Counted from the first letter of the whole stretch, positions 49,024 to 62,400 are shown. The stretch: 63,662 nt of DNA, filler included, from Klebsormidium nitens (GCA_000708835.1; 6 parts of 6 records of this genome joined end to end with filler, not necessarily neighbours in it), one strand, 5' to 3'. Made by a program: numbers and translations. Notes: generated by a model not told the origin, from the sequence alone.

Positions 49024-50243
49024 GGCTACCCCCCAATGCTTAAGCGTGGCCCAATTTGCTTAAAAAATAAGGGGCAGATTGAAGTCAGAAATCCTTAGGA
49101 CTGCTCTTCTACTGCTCTCCTCAAAAGTGTCCCATGCTAGATGATAGAAAGGAACTTGAAGGGGAACTGCACAGGCAACTCATGAAGGTTCAATACGCCT
49201 CAGCGCACTCCCGCTGCGACATGCGGCATGCCGCATGCGGTGTCCCTAGAAATGATACCAATACCATCTGTGCTCATACTCACGTAGAATATTTGAGCGT
49301 TTTCATTGGATGCAAAGCTCGCCCGAGTCGCCGCCTGCAACTTCACAATTGAGTTAGCGCCTGGTTGGGCACTAAACCATAGAGCACGTTTGCAGCATAC
49401 TGCTAGTATCACGACTTGGTTAGAGCCAAACTTTTCTGAATTTAACCGGTGTCGAAAAATAACCGAGTACCAATACGGCACATTTCAGCCATGTTGCACG
49501 TTGCTCCACTTAATTCGGGCCGAAGTTAGTCCTATGTGCGGTCAACGTAGGCCATATTTTACCCGTCAAGGAGCCCTAACCAGGGCTTAATTAGGCATAC
49601 TTAACCAAGCCACTCGGAACATGGAAAAGTGGTATCTGAAAACGGAGGACGGCTGCTTGGTTGTTTTTCGTATCAGCAGCACTTTAGTCGCATCTGCGCA
49701 GGCGAGCACTCGATTTTAAAGTTTTGGCGCGGCCCACCGGTTGGGTTGCCAAAGTCGAACGCAGACTGCCGTGCGCAGATAGTGGACAGCTCTCTGATTG
49801 GCCCGATCTGGAGCATTCGTATCGGACGGCCGAGCTTCGACGGCATTGAAGCTCGCTCAGAGTCATAACTCGGTCAACTTAACCCGTAAATTACCAGCCA
49901 ATACCCATATTCAATTGCCATAAGCAGTAAGAACGGTGTTTGATGAACGTTTATAACCGTTTTTCAAACGCTTTTTGGGGTTCGAAAAACGCTTTCAAGC
50001 CCCGAGCTAAGACATTAATAGGAATATATTCGATTGGCAGGCATCTGCATCGCAGCAGAATTGAAGTCGTAATCGCACTGACTTGGAGCACATCCTGCGT
50101 CAAACTCGAAGTCAAGTCGTGCTTCTCTCCGAAGCTCAGAGGAGCTTCTGAGGCGCCAGGGCGCCCTGCCTAGGTTTTTTCGCTCCCACCCTAACGACCC
50201 ACCCATTTCAATTCTCTTGTTTGTTCCTTGAGCACTTTCAGCG

Positions 50244-53200
50244 ATGGATCTAACAGAGGCAAGCACTGCATCCGACGTAGCAGATGCTATCCAGGGAGAA
50301 TTGTCTACTGATGAGTTCCGTCAGTACGTAATCAAGCAGAAGCTTGATGCCAGAGCGTTCACTGGAATGAAACCCGAGCGGCTAGAAAGGTTCTGCACTT
50401 ACGATAGCGATGGGAAGCCTGGGGAGAAGATCACGGAAGGCGATCTGGCAAAGCTTGAAAACCTGCTCGAAAGGATGCAAGATGCTTTGATGCCAGAAGT
50501 ATCTGAAAGTTTTCAGTCTGGGAGCAGCTCAGCACGCCGTCGGGGTTTGACACAAGCAAGAGGGAAGAAGAAGTCCGTTGGCAGCACTGGTTCTGCAGGG
50601 GGCTCTGAGACCTTTGGAGGCAGTAAACATGCAAGATGGCTTCCTGACACTTTGGCAGAGCTGTCTGATGACATTGTCTTCCAGCGGACGAGTCGTAATG
50701 ACGATCTAGTCCCCCTCATTGGGAAAGGTGGTTGTGAAGAACTGCGGCGAATGTTTGGCACTCTCAAGCGGAACTTTGACGATGAGCTTTCTGCATTGAG
50801 CGAGGAGGCCTACAAAGCAATAAACTTTGCAAAAGATCCGACCGGACTCAGAATCAGAGAGGACGTCTGCTCCAAGACTCTGCAGGAGACCAATGGCGGC
50901 AGGTTCAGAGCTGGAGGCAAGACGTTCACGTGGCCTCAAAGTAAGTTTGTAATGACCTTCTGGTCCACTGGCTGTCATTCTTCTTTTCTAACATCTTCTC
51001 AGACTGGATATTATCTTGCACCAGCACACAAGGTGATTTTGTTTGCTGTCTGTTCCATCAATGAGCTACCAATCCACATGTTGTGAAAGCTTCACACAAA
51101 GTTAGATGTTGAAGTTAACGCACACAAGATTGTACTACAGGAATGGCTGTGAAATTCTGGAGTGAAACTTAACAGCTAAGTAAGACTTTGCAATATGTTT
51201 TCCAGAGTGCAAGAGAGGATCTTTAAAGTGTACATTTGAGAATTGCTAATTTGCTTTTAGGATGAGATCATGATTGCATTGTGGATCTTATGAGAGAAGC
51301 TCGTAAGATCTTCCACTCTGAAGACTTGCTTTTGCAACAACAATCTGATGATGATTTGGAATCAGAGCCTTCGCTTCACATTCATGCAGGATTGATGCAC
51401 GAGACCTTATCTGCAATGCTTACTGAACAGAGGAGGCCAAACCGAGAAGAGCGGCGCATCAAGGGGATGATTAGCTGGGACATCAGCCGTGAAATCCGCA
51501 AGAGCGTCGGAGTGAGTTGTCACATTGACAGCTAATCTTTTGGCGTCTGTACAGAGGAACAGATTTAACGGGTTGGATGGCAGTGAAAGAGAACCAGTGT
51601 GCTGTTTTCAGACCCAATCGGTGCTCAAGTGTGTAGTACTCATCTGTGACCTGACTAGAGCTCTCTGCTTAGGTGGTGATACAGTGGTAGTCAGAACACA
51701 GCCCTTCGCCGCTAGGAGTCAGAAGTTGGGTAGCGCTTTTTTAGTCATCCAAACCGGCCTGGTTGTCACCGCTTCCTGAGGCTTCTCAAGGGACACCATG
51801 ACAGAATGATGTCTTGACAGGATGATGTCTTCTTTTAGCTATTGAAAGAAAAACCTGTATCAATTTGGTTTGCTCAGGTGATGCAGTCCCGAAGGAAAGG
51901 GGACCGGACGCTGTGTGAAGGTGCGGAGATCCGCCTGTGGAGCCTTTGCGATGACGGAAAGGGAGGAAAACGGCCACAGAGGGTGGCAGTAGGGCGAGTG
52001 CAGGACTTCAATGAAAGAGAAGTTGAGGTGGAGCTGGTGTTGGTGGAGCAAGTACAAGACGACCTGCTGGATCTGGGTGGCGGACGCACCATTGAGACGG
52101 TGGAGATGCAGAAGGTAAAGCTATCCGGTCTGAATGTTTTGCAACCCTGAATCATTCCTCGATTGAGTTATTCCTCGTCAGATTCTGCAGGATTCAGGTC
52201 TGTCTATTTGTGTGTCAGATGGTTCAGGAGCCTCGCAGGCTGCACTTGTAGCCTTTCTCCGCTTATGTTACCATGACACTTGGTTGACCAAGCAATTGAA
52301 ATTTGCCTTTGACTGACTGAATCCTTTCGATAAGTTGATCTCCTTTTCAATCAACTGGCTTTAGCTAACTAGATCTACCTAACTAGATTGACTAAGTGGA
52401 TCCTTTGGCTCGTTTGTCACAGGGTTCTATTGTGAGCTGGCCCAACAAGATCACTGCATGGACTCCTTACACCGAGCTGCCGCCCCAAGTCACATCGTCC
52501 AGCAAAGCTGCAGCAAGCAATGGCACATTGAGCCAGTCTACACGTGGACGTTCGAGTGGTGTGTCCCTGAAGCGCGCTGTGGAGGTGAGATGGTTGGCCT
52601 AGCAATAAGTGCGAGCTTTGGAGCTATCAAAGTTCTGAGAAATTCAAAACATTTTCTAAGCAAGTCTGGTTAAGGGGTAACTCACAAGCTATTGACCAGC
52701 TTTGTTTGTTTGTAGGGCATCTTTGACCCAAGGTTTAGTAGACCCAAGGTTTAAGTAACCCAAGGTTCAATTGACTTGGTTAAACTTTAAACTCTTCGTG
52801 TGTATGCTGGTATGCATGATGATGGTGCAAAAAGGCCGCGGAGCCTTTTGATTTGGCGCAACTTACGGTTGGTTGTCGCTGATGGCTGCTTGCTGTTGAT
52901 TGTTGTATGGCTCACAGTTTCATTCGAAAACGATGACCGACTGTGTTTGCGGCGGAAATGGTTCCCCAGCAGAACGGCAAGTGACATCATCGGCAAACTT
53001 TTTGTTTGATGCCATGCGTACAACTCTGAACTAGTGCTGGCGGACCAAAGTGCCTTGTTTCGTCTAACCGCCACCAGCAGAATGCTGTATCACATCAACG
53101 ACGTGAAGCGCCTACAAAACGGACGTCTGCTTTTGCATTTTTAGGAAGAGGAGGTGACGTCACCAGCAACGTCTACACGAAGCATCAAGAGACGCCGTGA

Positions 53201-56200
53201 TGCGCCGCCCCTGCCTCTGAATCTAGATGGTGACGACCCAATCGTTCCAGAAAGGAGTCCTGCACAGCGCGCACCGCTCCGCGAACACGATCCGGCCAAC
53301 GACAACGAACCCTCCAGACTAGCACGGGGGACAACGGTAAGCTTCGTGACAACTGAATGCGTCAGCTGGTGTACTTAGAGGACCCGCTTGATCTAAAATC
53401 GAACCGGAATGGCAGTTGATGGCTCGCACCGAGGCTCATAGACCTGATTAGATGTAGCTCCAGTTCTAGCCTATATCGCCAGTGCAAAGCAAAAGCGGCA
53501 TCGGCGCTTCTGATTGTTCGTCTTCCTGCTCGGGTCCTCCTGTTCAAGTACAGTGAATCAGCTTGTTGAGCAGATACCTTTTCATACTCTCATTGCCTGT
53601 CCCCTTGACCGATCGAAAGGCCCCCTCAAAAAGTTGCTTGTAGTGCCAGCACCCTGAGCTCGGTTCTGGTAGGATTCGATCAGTAACTCGTCAATATGCA
53701 TCATCAGCATTTTAAGGGGATCGGTTCTGGCGCTGCAGACGCAAGCGGAGGATCCGCTGGTGGAGCTTCTCCACGGCGCAATGCAGGCGAAGTCGACGAC
53801 AGAAATGACCCGCACCCCCTCACCATCTCCCATAAACAACGACATCGCCCGACAAGCTGCTGCGCCTGAAAGAGGAGCCGTTCCACAACAGGTTAGGGTT
53901 CAGCCAGGGTTTTCAAAGTGGCATCATCCTCGACGCCTTTTCAAACGGCCCAATTCGAAAGCAGGTCAGCGGAGTTCCTTTTGAATGTTTTGTATTTTGA
54001 AAGTTCTGTGCGCGTGTATCTGGTCGCGCTTGTGACTGGATGATGACAGCATCTACTGCTTTTCAATCGGCCAGACTCTAATGCGGAGTCCTCGGCACAT
54101 AGTTGCACAAGGTCGCCCGTTGGATGCTATCCACCTTCTGCTCCTTGGCTGCCTTCCGACTTTCTCGTGGAGAAGTCTTCGAAAACAGGGTGTATTGATG
54201 TGCGCTTAACCCCATCAGGACGACAAGTAAACTTAATTTGATATTTGAGCAGGACAGTAGGCCCTGAGACCCTTTGCACCATCCCTCGATCAGTGGACGG
54301 TGCCAAGTCTAACTCCGGGTGCTGCCGGGTGCCCTCATTGTGTTTGTTATCAGGCCAAAGTCAGAGGATGCACCCACTCCAGGCACTCCCGATGGCTGAT
54401 TTCAGATGCTCCAAACGTCGTCGACCACTTTGCAGGTGGCCAGAGCTGATGACCAAGGGCGCCAAGCTCCGAAAAAGAACATGACCATCAAGCTGCTGTA
54501 CAAAGAACAGGCCATTGGCAAGGGCACCATCCGCAGCTTCGACGCTCAGGAGCTCGTCGTGCAGATCCAGAAAATCAGAAAGGGTGTCACGGGCGGCGTG
54601 GAGGATGCGGACGACGACCGGGCGCTTCTTCGCCTGGAAAATCTGCAGCAGGTGATCATGGACCAACCTCACTTGGGCCGACGAGAAGGGTTTCCAGTTA
54701 GATGCACCGCACCAACTATGTTCCCGAAGCCTTTCTCGAAGACACGAAAGTTGGCTTTTATCTGGTCCGGATCTTGTGGAGGGAGAATCATATCGCAGAA
54801 ACCGGGTTAAGGGCCTTTTAACCAAGCGTGGTTAGGGAATTGCTGTTGTACTCAAGTAACCAAAGAATCTGTGAGTCGCAGCTCTAACCTTTTCTCTCCT
54901 TCAAGACACGAATTGAACTCCGAAGTCCTCCTCTCCAGGGCGACCGGGTCTACTGGCCGAATGCAGTCCCTGGCTCCAAAGACCGCAGCTGGCAGCCCGA
55001 CGATCACGACGCGGTTGCCGGAATTGGCCCCGTTTCGAAGGAGGCCCCAGAGGCGGGAGGTCCCAAAGGGGAGAGTGGCGCAACGCACGTTGCGGCGGCC
55101 GATGATCCTGCTGGGACGTTGAAGCATGTAAGCGTGACTGATTTTGGAACACGAGGCAGCTCGTTGCGATCTGCTGTATTGTTCTGCCTTTCGCGGCTTA
55201 AACCTCATGGTAGATAAGTCATCAAAGGAGCCTCTGAAACCGCTTGTTGATTCAGACATTTTGCTGTATGTTCAAGGACCTGTAGAACAGTTCGGAAACT
55301 ATTGCACGACAAGGACCAAACTTGAAGCGCCATTGCAATCAGGAATTGGACCCGAGCAGAACGTACTCGAGAAACGTTTCGACCAACCAGCATTGACCTT
55401 GGAGAATGGAAGGGGATCGCAAACGTCAGTGCGCTTCCCCTGGTATGTAACGTGCCAGTGTCACGCGTCAGCATTGTCATACCCTTTACACGACGTGATA
55501 GACGACCTCGCGGAGACTTTTAAATTCCACCATCGCATATATCCTATGTGTCTGTATTGCGTTCGTGAATTGAAGTCAGTCAGGGAGATAGGAGACTTGC
55601 GTTCCAATTGGCACCGCGCATGGCGATCTTTACTCTTGCAGGTGCACGACGACCCGGTCATCGACACTCCTGCCGCCAACGATGCTGGCAACGAGGCGCC
55701 GTCCGACTTGGCCGCAAAGACCCCGCGCACCGACCAGTCCCGCGGAAGCAATCCGAAGCCTCCCGCACCGCCTCTGCCACCGAGGGAGACCCACCCGCGC
55801 GCAAAGGCCAAGCCCCCGGGCACCTGGCGCCGCGAGCTGCACAAAGCGGACTGCCCGGATCCACTCGCCTGCACCGGGTGCAGCCGCGCCGCTGCGCAGC
55901 GGAAGGCTGGTGGCCCGGGAGCGGACTCCAGCCCGACTCTCGGTGAATCGCAGGCCAGCGGCGGGGGCGGCGGTGGCGGTGGCAACGGGGACGAAGAGGA
56001 GGTGAAGAAGTGGGAAGAGGGTCTCACTAAGGTTCGGAAGTTTAACCACGCTCTGATCGTCGCTGTGGCCACCGATGCCTCAACCGTGGACGAAGTTCGC
56101 AGCAAGGTGAGTTGGAACGAAGATTCTCTTGGCATCCAAATAATTGTCTGGTTGGCAACATGATCACGACCCGAGTTGCGGTTGGGTCCCGTAAGCGAAT

Positions 56201-57323
56201 AATTCAAGCTTGACTTGCACGCTCGCCTTCTTAGCTGCTTCTTGAAAGGGTGACCAGCCGGGAACTAATGCCTCGATGAAGGTTTCCTAAACCCTGAACC
56301 TATCCAACCCTTTTTGCGAGCTTCAATGATTGCCCGGGTGATTGCTGCGTCAAAGACGGGATTCTGGAGATGCTTGCGAAGACCGGTCTTTCTCTAGGCA
56401 AATAGATGCCGTCAGGAGACAATGGAAAACGCAAAACGCAGGTCGTCCAAGAAGGCCACCGGAAAACTGCAATATGAAAGGGCAGTACGTTACACGACCA
56501 CGCTGCATCAGGTCCGAGTCGATACCGGTTTTTAGTCAAGATTGAGGTCTCCAGGTTTCGGTGGTAATACGCACTGTAATACGCACTGCACAAAGTTGGC
56601 ACGGTTCTCCTCGGTATCGAGGCCGATTGTCGGAGGGCATGTCTTGGTTGTATGTGCCTTGTCTTGCGGTGCGCCTTTCTTACAGTCCCTAGCTTACCCC
56701 GTTTCCCTGCGTTTGCAGCTCACGCGCGCCTCCCTATTGTCCTACGTGGAATCTCTGAGGATCTGCTCGAAGCAGAAGTTGCGGCCGTTCGACTTCGAAG
56801 GTCTCCTGGGGCTGCTCGCTGCGCACTTTCTGAAAGAAGAAGTCGTGAAGATCGAGGCGTTCAAGGGCTGGGACGACGCAAGGATCCCAAGAAAGGATGT
56901 CGTAAGACTGAAAGGTAAGCACACAGTCCTCTCTTCCTGATGTGTCCGGTTGCTCTCCTAACGGCCTGCTGCCGCCTGCGGGGGCACGCTAGCACATCTG
57001 ACAACCAAAAGTTGGCATTCGGACGCTGTGGCGATATGGAAACTGTGTTGTCCTTTAACAGTAGCAGCGTAGAACTCGACGAGGTTGACCTCAGTCGCCT
57101 GCTGGCAATTTCTGCGCAGGTTTCCGGTTCCTCGCAGCTCAAACTCGCAAAATCTGCAAGCAGTCAGGCTCGCGCAATCGGCGTTTGCTATTCACGACTC
57201 CCGTCTCTCTGCCATCATCAGTCTACGAGATTGAATTCCCGGTGTCCGCTGAATCTAGTGCTATCCCCTGTGCACTTTCTGCTGCTCAGCCAGCACGACC
57301 TTTTGCCCATATCACTTTCGTGA
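50244..57323 (+). CDS. Multi-exon TnpA-like accessory gene: SAM-like N-terminus and two Tnp1/En/Spm (Transposase_23)-like modules; 3' end uncertain
   Basis: In-phase exons 51878-52114 + 52423- give RVAVGRV..EVELV...|GSIVSWP; exons ending 54651 + 54939- give IGKGTI..LVVQI...|GDRVYWP; further exon from ~55640. Confidence 0.55.
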
Positions 57324-57480
57324 CCTTCTTTGCCGTGTCGCCCGCAGATCCAGTTCTGCCCGTCCATTTTCGTGGCCATTAGCCCTACCGGCCTGCACGC
57401 GCACGGTACGCCCGCTGCTTGTGTCAAAATCGTCCTCAATTGGCCTCTGAGTAATTTGTGAAGAATGGGAAGATTCACCC

Positions 57481-57523
57481 CTGACGGCACTGACGGTACT
57501 GACGGCACTGACATCAGTACTGA
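57481..57523 (+). repeat. 9-bp tandem microrepeat (CTGACGGYA)n
   Basis: CTGACGGCACTGACGGTACTGACGGCACTGAC. Confidence 0.7.
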
Positions 57524-58964
57524 AGGAGCATACTTTTGGGCGGCTCCTCTTTTGCTTCTCTTGTCGATGCTTTCATCAAGAGGACGCGTTGCATTCAAGG
57601 TCACTCGTAAACGTCTTGGAAATGCAAGTCCGACATATTCACCAGATTTGTTTTGTAGTCCAGAGCGTGGAGGATAGCAACATTTGAAAAATTGCATGAC
57701 GATTGTACTCCGTGTGTTGATTTGTTTCCAGGGCTTATGATGTTCCGCTTTGTTTCCTGCGCAGGCGACCGTCATCCGATCAAGGCCCGCAAGAGCAGTG
57801 CAGCCGTACATAGGATCAGGCGTACAATCTAAAGAGCATGTGGACTTTTGCTGAAGCATCACCCACTCTTGGATAGGATAGGAGTAGACAGTGCTGAGAA
57901 CTGGGGCCCTCGTTCTTGGACTCTATCACACTGTCCTGTCAACCTGCTCTTGGTACCATTGTGACTTCGGTCCTCATCTGCCGGTAATCACGATTGACGT
58001 GCCTTGTCAAGCCATGCGCTTTCAACACTTTCCCCGATCACGAGTTTGCGCGATTTTAGTTGGCAGCCAAGAGGATCACAAGAAGGCGGTGGGATTTTTG
58101 CGTCATTCATCAGTATCGAGTAACTTTCGAGAAGGTGACTTTCAAGTCCGACTTTAAGTCGGATTTGCTGAACCCAACGAAGCAAACCCCCGTCGCAGTT
58201 TTGCGCAGCCATTACTGTAAAGACTTTCACAGATTTCTCCTCACTTGATTACAATCTTCTGCTTTTTTCTACTTCCTCCTACTGTTGACGACAACTTGGA
58301 AGCCTCTTGTTCACCGTGACGTACCCCGGGAAGGAGCCGAACAGCGCTGGATTTGAGACTCTGGGAGCTTTGTCTGGAGAAGTAAGCGCTACGCTCTGCT
58401 ATGGCACCTTCAATTGCGACGGTTGCTTGCTGGAACATCTCCGAGGACATTTTCTGGCCTGCTCTATTTCCCTTTCGACAACCACCAGTGGCAAGGAGCA
58501 TGTCCAAGCGCGGTGGGTCCTGTGGAGAATTTGACGAGGTCAGTGCCGATAAAATAAAGAGCAGCGAACATTCGAGAGGAGCTTCCATTTGTACCCGGAC
58601 TGCTACTTTCTTCTTTCCCTTCCATATCGAAATCCGTGATCAGCGCAAGGGTCTAGACAGACTTCTGATCACACTCTGGGATCAGGTGAGCACTTTTCCG
58701 ACTTCTTTGATTCGTGTCCTTGACGACATCAGCCAATGCACGAGAGCCCGGGGCAAGAGACCACACACGGAGCTGGTCGTACGTGCTTCGGGGGCGCAGC
58801 CGCGGCGTGCGCGCGTCGCTGGCAGGAGAGCAGTCGGCGCGCAAGCTGGAGAGAACCGCTTTTTTCAGAAGTGAGGATCCGACTCAACTTGAATTGCTTG
58901 GAAGGAGTGAGCGCTTGGTCGATCAGGACCCAACTCCCACGAAGTTCTCCTAGTAGCAGTTTCC

Positions 58965-59392
58965 AATGTATTCGCGAACCGGCCGTTGGGTTAAGCGGCC
59001 GGTACCGCCTAACCGGCCGTTTAACCCAACGTCACGAGCGCTTCCTGTAAGATATGCGCTCTAAACCAACCGCTAACCCTCTTTTGACCACCTTTCTTTC
59101 CGCCTATCCGTAATTGGTTGAGAGGCAACCAGGCTATCTGCCAAGGTTGGTTAACTGCCAACCATATCTTGGTTCTCGTCAACCATGTCGCTAACCATCC
59201 CTGGTTGAGACGCCCAACCGTGCCCGGTTGGCCATCAACCGGGGTCTGGTTGGCGGTCAACCAGGCCGTCAACCAGCCGCCTGGTTGGCCGCCAACCAGG
59301 CCCTGGTAAATCCCACCGCAACCAGGGCCTGGTTGGGGCCTGGTTGATGCCCGGTTGAGGCGTCAACCAGGCGCTCAACCGGGCCCGGTTGA
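58965..59392. repeat. Right subterminal repeat array (YCAACCRG / CYGGTTGR)
   Basis: Same motif family as 42249-42620, denser towards the contig end. Confidence 0.85.
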
Positions 59393-59492
59393 NNNNNNNN
59401 NNNNNNNNNNNNNNNNNNNNNNNNNNNNNNNNNNNNTTAATTAATTAANNNNNNNNNNNNNNNNNNNNNNNNNNNNNNNNNNNNNNNNNNNN
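59393..59492. other. Artificial contig spacer
   Basis: N44-TTAATTAATTAA-N44. Confidence 0.97.
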
Positions 59493-61349
59493 CACAGAGC
59501 TGGTTTGAAGTCGGGAGATGCAGACGGGCTTTCGCGAAACCCCCTGCCAGATGAGTCTGATGGAACAGATGCACGCATGGATCACGTGCTTCTTGAGGTT
59601 CCTGTCTCCATTTCTGCGGCGCTTGCTTTGTTGGCAGGATTTTATGCAACAGAAGCAGAGCCCGTATTTAGCCAGTATGGTTCAGAAGTGGGTAGTGGCC
59701 AAGACGTGACGGCCCCGAACGTTACACCGACTGTCCACCCTTCCGAGGGCGCCGGTCTTGCAGGGACTCAGGACTTACAACTGGTCGTCACCCGTTTTCT
59801 GGCACGGAGAAAGATGGCGACTTACTGATGGCAGCCCCTGAAAGTAACTCCGCTTCTCGTGACATCTGGCATGACCAAGAGACGCTCCACTATCTTAAGG
59901 AAGGCAGCTACAGTCCGGGACTAAGCGCTTCTGAGAAGGATCGTGTGCAGCACATGTCAAAGGGTTATTTACTTCTTGAACGAACTGCTCAGGAAACGCG
60001 CTTCCTCTGCAGGTCAATGAGTGTCCAGTGGACTGGACAAGGTTGTGCCGCCGCCGGAGCAGCGCGCCAACCTGGTGAAGGCGATCCATGTTGACGTCGG
60101 GCACTATGGGGTAAGCAAAACTTACTCGTTGCTGTCACCAACGTATTTCTGGGTCAACATGTTTGCAGACGTGCGGGCTGAGGTAGCCAAGTGCACGGTG
60201 TGCGACAGGGTTAAAGCCAGTTTTGAGGTCAAGGACCCAACGCTGAAACCGTTGCCCATTATGGGAATGTTCTACAGGTGGGGAGTGGATCTGTGTAAGA
60301 TGCCATTCGTTTCCACAGACGGGAATCGATTTGTGGTAATCATGATCGAACACTTTTCGAAGTGGATTGAGCTGGTTCCGGTTTCTAGTAAAGAGTCCAA
60401 ACATATTGCTGCCGCGCTGCGTGGCGTGCTTACTAGGTATGGGGCTCCAGCCGAAATATTGACTGATCAGGGTGATGAGTTTGCTGGCGAGTTCGGAGAG
60501 CTGCTTGTACAACTTTTCATTGACCACAGAATCACTTCGCGCGACTACCCGCAGGCTGACGGTCTGGCGGAACGGATCGTGCAAGTCTGCAAAGAGGGGC
60601 TTCGGAATTACTGCCTCCAGTCTGACAGACATCATTGGGACAGATTCTTGTGCTGGATAGCCATGGGCTACCGCATGAGTCGCCAGGCATCCCTGGCAGG
60701 GTACTCACCGTACTTCTTGCTCTTTGGCAGATGGCCCATCGTCGGGGCCCGTGTACGGGACGTGTTGCACACCGTGGTGGATCTGGACTCCCCGCAGGTG
60801 TGGGCAACCGTCGTTGAGGAGCGCGCCCGACTCTTTAGGGAGGAGATGCCGATAGCCTTCAACAACCTCGCGATAGCGCAACACAGAGACATGCTGCGTT
60901 ACGCGCACAAGAGGTCAGGGGACCATACGCCGAAACTTCGACGGTTTGCGGCAGGCGACCTGGTGTACTTGAAGCGGCAGAAGGTAGATTCCATGGACCC
61001 TAGAGTTGGTAGGCTGATTTTGCGTGTAGTAAGTGTCGGCAGCGGCGGCAGGTTAGTCCTCGAGGGGCGTGACAAGAAACAGATTCGGGAGCATGTAGAG
61101 AATTGTGCCCCATGTCACAACCCAAACATTGACCTCTGGCAAAATCCCGTGTTAGCGCTGGAAGACTTGGACCAGAAGTGCCAGGTTTGCAGGGATGCAG
61201 TGGCCGATCAGAGGAAGAACCGCATGCTGTTGTGCGATAGGTGCAATGAGGGATGGCACATGAGATGCCTCAGACCGCCGTTAACAGAGAAGCCAAAGGG
61301 AGATTGGTTCTGCTCAAGGTGTCTGCCTACACCGGACCCTCTTGCCTAG
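59493..61349 (+). pseudogene. Ty3/gypsy LTR retrotransposon pol 3' part: RNase H end, integrase, C-terminal PHD finger; two frameshifts and one stop upstream of the integrase
   Basis: DADGLSRNP; HVDVGH...CTVC zinc finger; DLCK, EHFSKW, LTDQGDEF, PQADGLAER core; frame breaks near 59820 and 59968, TGA at 60018-60020. Confidence 0.9.
61179..61322 (+). other. PHD finger (C4HC3) fused in frame to the integrase
   Basis: CQVC...MLLCDRCNEGWHMRCLRPPL...PKGDWFCSRC. Confidence 0.92.
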
Positions 61350-61459
61350 GACCTGTGACGTTGCTATGATTTTTTAATCCGTGATGCTTGTCCACTCCGC
61401 AACGATTGAGTTAAGCGACCTGCTGGCTTCGTCGGAACGCCTTCGCCGGTATGGGGGGG

Positions 61460-61588
61460 ATACCGCATGGATTACTAGCTAGCATGTACAGGTACCTATT
61501 TCGATTTTTCACTTGTATGCAAAGTTGTTTGCAGCTAGTATATTCGACCTTCCGAGGCGATATCCGACCGAGTGCATACGGCCCGACA
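61460..61588 (+). repeat. 129-bp direct repeat copy 1 (possible LTR part), preceded by a G-tract
   Basis: Near-identical to 62401-62529. Confidence 0.88.
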
Positions 61589-62400
61589 GCTGTCATGACT
61601 TACAGTCTCGGCGCTGTAGCATGTCGATTCCGAGCTCATGCAATGGTTCGAGGCTACATGTAGACACGACAGCCATGTGTGGCGGTTTGCCCGATTGCTC
61701 CTTAGCTGTGACAACCACAAGGGGGGCGACACATGATTCCGACTACAACAAGAACTGCGGCCTACATTACCCCTAGTCTCCATTAGCATAATTGGAGCTG
61801 TGTAGCTGGGACAACAATTCACTTTTTAGCCTCATTTCGGTATCATCGAACGGTGGTCCGATCGTGATATGTAGGCCTCTACATCAACCGTCGATTTGGC
61901 TTCAATTTGGAATTACCTAAATCCGGGGTTCACGATATATAGCGAAACCGACCCGAGTTCGATACTCAGTGTTAACCATATAAAACGGTACTTTATTGGT
62001 TAATACAATGCTTGCCTCATAGCTAGTCGGATCTAGTATGCGGTTAGTTAAGGGTTATCAACATCCATACAACACACATTGCTTGTACTTACCCGGTTGT
62101 ATGCTAGCACTCTTAGAACGCCTTTGCTACAAGAGAGCTTTCAACCAAGTCTTAGGTATCTACTTGCAAGTGACCTTGAAGGAGAGAAGGAGAGGAAAGA
62201 GCCGCTTCTTTTGGAAGGGCTGCCCATTGAAGTAAAGGTATTGTCTCCGGTGCTTCTCATGTGTTCTCATTGATACATGTGGTTTCTTAGCATGATAGAT
62301 CATTCTCCGGTGACCTTGTCTTAAACCATTGCGTCCGTGCAAATGCATGTCTTGAGAGACCGCCCCGGTAGCCACGAGCCCGGGAGGCTTCCTCCTACGA

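Larger units (their letters stand above)
42249..59392. mobile_element. Large CACTA/CMC-like DNA transposon (~17 kb, whole contig)
   Basis: TnpD-like and TnpA-like genes inside; the same YCAACCRG motif array at both ends; contig begins CACAG. Confidence 0.72.

Noticed and set aside
52725-52768. ACCCAAGGTT x3
   Set aside because: Short local tandem duplication in an intron with no further support
59493-59500. Contig F also starts with CACAG, like contig E
   Set aside because: It lies within gypsy pol coding sequence, so it is coincidence; this also weakens CACAG alone as evidence for the contig E terminus
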